DNA of 51,092 bases from an uncultured Parabacteroides sp. (GTDB taxonomy: Bacteria; Bacteroidota; Bacteroidia; Bacteroidales; Tannerellaceae): NCBI GenBank assembly GCA_947036995.1, contig CAMQTD010000001.1:1-51092 (forward strand), written 5' to 3'. A program made the position numbers and the translations under genes. This document shows, piece by piece, positions 49,755 through 51,092 of this stretch. Each line of letters opens with the position of its first letter. Positions within the stretch are counted from its first letter, which is position 1. Below the pieces are notes generated by a model. That model was not told the origin of the DNA and searched no databases. It saw only the letters and a program-made list of their open reading frames with translations.

Positions 49755-50259
49755 TGTTCAATCGTTTATTAAGTTCATTTATTGCAATTTCTATCTCTCG
49801 AGCTTTACCAATACGTAGCGTATCAACAATAACTAACAGTTCGTACAATTCAGTATTATTGCCAATAATTTTAGGAACAGTTTTGTAGAGAGGTGATACT
49901 CCATACCCTCTGCGAGTACCAAGATAGTAAGACCATACGTAAATATCGCTACCTTCTGCGATACTTTCCTTGATTGGAGATGCTGAGTGAGCTGTTGCAA
50001 TGCCTCGAACTTTAGCTGAAATTTCAGCTGGGAAAGTATATTTCAAGCCACTAATTAAAAACTCTCTTATAGCGAGCTTATTTATTCGGTTTTTATCTGT
50101 ATTAATAAATCCAGCAATAACACAGCGGTTCATTGCATTAGAAACCTCAGCAGGGCTAATCAATAAAGCCTTTGCCACCTCTATCTGTATCCACTTCTTC
50201 CGTAAAGTTAACAGATATAGAAGAATTAAAATATCTTGCGATTTAATCGATGAACTCAT
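49747..50259 (-). CDS. Winged-helix DNA-binding protein with an uncharacterised C-terminal domain (putative AbiEi-like antitoxin/regulator)
   Basis: MarR-like wHTH ILILLYLLTLRKKWIQIEVAKALLISPAEVSNAMNRCVIAGFI. The stop overlaps the NTase ATG by 8 nt. Confidence 0.55.
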   Translation of the reverse strand: MSSSIKSQDILILLYLLTLRKKWIQIEVAKALLISPAEVSNAMNRCVIAGFINTDKNRINKLAIREFLISGLKYTFPAEISAKVRGIATAHSASPIKESIAEGSDIYVWSYYLGTRRGYGVSPLYKTVPKIIGNNTELYELLVIVDTLRIGKAREIEIAINELNKRLNNV

Positions 50260-50281
50260 TATATTTACAATTTATGAATTG

Positions 50282-50289
50282 CAAATATA
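50282..50289 (-). promoter_or_regulatory. -7 box TATATTTG (minus strand) for the three-gene operon
   Basis: The reverse complement of CAAATATA matches TAnnTTTG, 23 nt upstream of ATG 50259. Confidence 0.5.
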
Positions 50290-50538
50290 ATACTTTTATT
50301 TCGTATAAATCAAGTTATTAAGTGTGCAGATATTTATTATCTATATTCTATAATAAATGTGTTTTAATATTCCGTTTTCTATTACTTAAGGTGTCACTCC
50401 AAATGGATGATTATTTTCTAAAGTTATTTTTAGAAAATATAGAAATAGATTCCGTGCATATTTCTAATTACTCAAAAGATAAAGCGAGAGGAGATTATAC
50501 TATTTGGATTACATGCTCCATCTATTGCAACAATTGCT

Positions 50539-51092
50539 TTATTTTGACTCAATCAACAAATCATACGCCTTGATTTGTTCTGTACAAATGCGCAGGGTGA
50601 TATCTTTTAATTCTGCTGTTTTCTTTAGCATATACTCATATTCTTCTTTGAGAACCACAAAGTTTGGATTATACCTAGATTCAATGTAGGCTCTAATGAG
50701 TAGATCGTAGCAACGCTCTTCAAACGAATGTGATTCACGGATAGGAGATCTATGTCGGGGAAACAATGTAAATAGCTCTTGTGAATAATCTATTACCTCG
50801 GTTCTCAAATCTTCTAGATCATGAAATTTTGGACGGTAATTATCGAAAACTAGATTTATAGCCTTATAGTATTTTTCACACGCTTGATGTAGCTGAAAAG
50901 CTCCATGTTTATATTTCCCACGTTCATAAGCATTACATCCATCAACTAAAAATTCATTTGCGTCATCAACACACTCATCAAACTCTTCTTGTGCAATATC
51001 CCTTATTCTTTCATGCGAAAGCTGTTGTGGCTTAGATAAGATATGATTACCTGTATCATATAGCATAATACCATCTTTTACAAGATCAGCAT
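50539..51092 (-). CDS. HEPN domain (PF05168-type) at the C-terminus of a probable nucleotidyltransferase-HEPN fusion; 5' end lies outside the window
   Basis: HEPN helices GAFQLHQACEKYYKAINL and LLIRAYIESRYNPNF. The frame stays open upstream of M at 51066 to the window edge (ADLVKDGIMLYD), which resembles the C-terminal end of minimal NTase domains. Confidence 0.65.
   Translation of the reverse strand, partial: ADLVKDGIMLYDTGNHILSKPQQLSHERIRDIAQEEFDECVDDANEFLVDGCNAYERGKYKHGAFQLHQACEKYYKAINLVFDNYRPKFHDLEDLRTEVIDYSQELFTLFPRHRSPIRESHSFEERCYDLLIRAYIESRYNPNFVVLKEEYEYMLKKTAELKDITLRICTEQIKAYDLLIESK

Noticed and set aside
50000-50689. Plus-strand ORFs 50000-50290, 50322-50573 and 50504-50689
   Set aside because: The first is antisense to the wHTH gene. 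The others lie in the 20-25% GC spacer and overlap the HEPN gene 3' end. Their Ile/Phe/Leu/Tyr-rich composition is what AT-rich DNA yields in any frame.

Overview
This is a 51-kb chromosomal segment from a Bacteroidota (Bacteroidales-like) genome. The assignment rests on a SusC/SusD pair, a hybrid two-component regulator with an AraC tail, a fused SecDF, lipoprotein signal peptides, and many TAnnTTTG -7 boxes at the expected distance from start codons. Most of the window is core or near-core. It holds pabB-pabC; a glycan-trimming cluster (secreted EEP hydrolase, GlcNAc-kinase-like ATPase, GH20 hexosaminidase, 1342-aa GH2 beta-galactosidase); and a 730-aa B12-like radical SAM gene on the opposite strand. 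These are followed by susC/susD, then a long minus-strand block (TetR-fabH-fabG-rluA, then tsaC-ClC-fmt). Next come a solitary initiator tRNA-fMet, YkgJ plus a three-heme cytochrome c peroxidase, an RRM RNA-binding protein, secDF, a DUF4468/flavin-reductase pair, two rhomboid proteases plus an EEP protein, argS, an orphan HTCS, M23-MerR, and alaS-aroB. Directly after the aroB terminator the DNA becomes visibly AT-richer and accessory. This stretch holds the best candidate for an undescribed system: a translationally coupled three-gene operon (winged-helix protein, AbiEii/DUF1814-like nucleotidyltransferase, calcineurin-like metallophosphoesterase; 48329-50259, minus strand). It sits next to a nucleotidyltransferase-HEPN fusion that runs off the window edge. 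Secondary oddities are listed below.
- A 770-bp gene-free gap between convergent susD and fmt contains four GGTGAAGG/CCTTCACC copies, a 17-codon hydrophobic sORF and a hairpin with 45-nt arms.
- Iteron-like 13-mers lie upstream of a small Rep/HTH-like ORF at the left edge.
- The radical SAM protein has a Cx4Cx2C cluster motif.
- One ORF fuses an exported DUF4468 domain to a flavin-reductase domain.
All calls come from reading the sequence and translations by eye; no searches were run.
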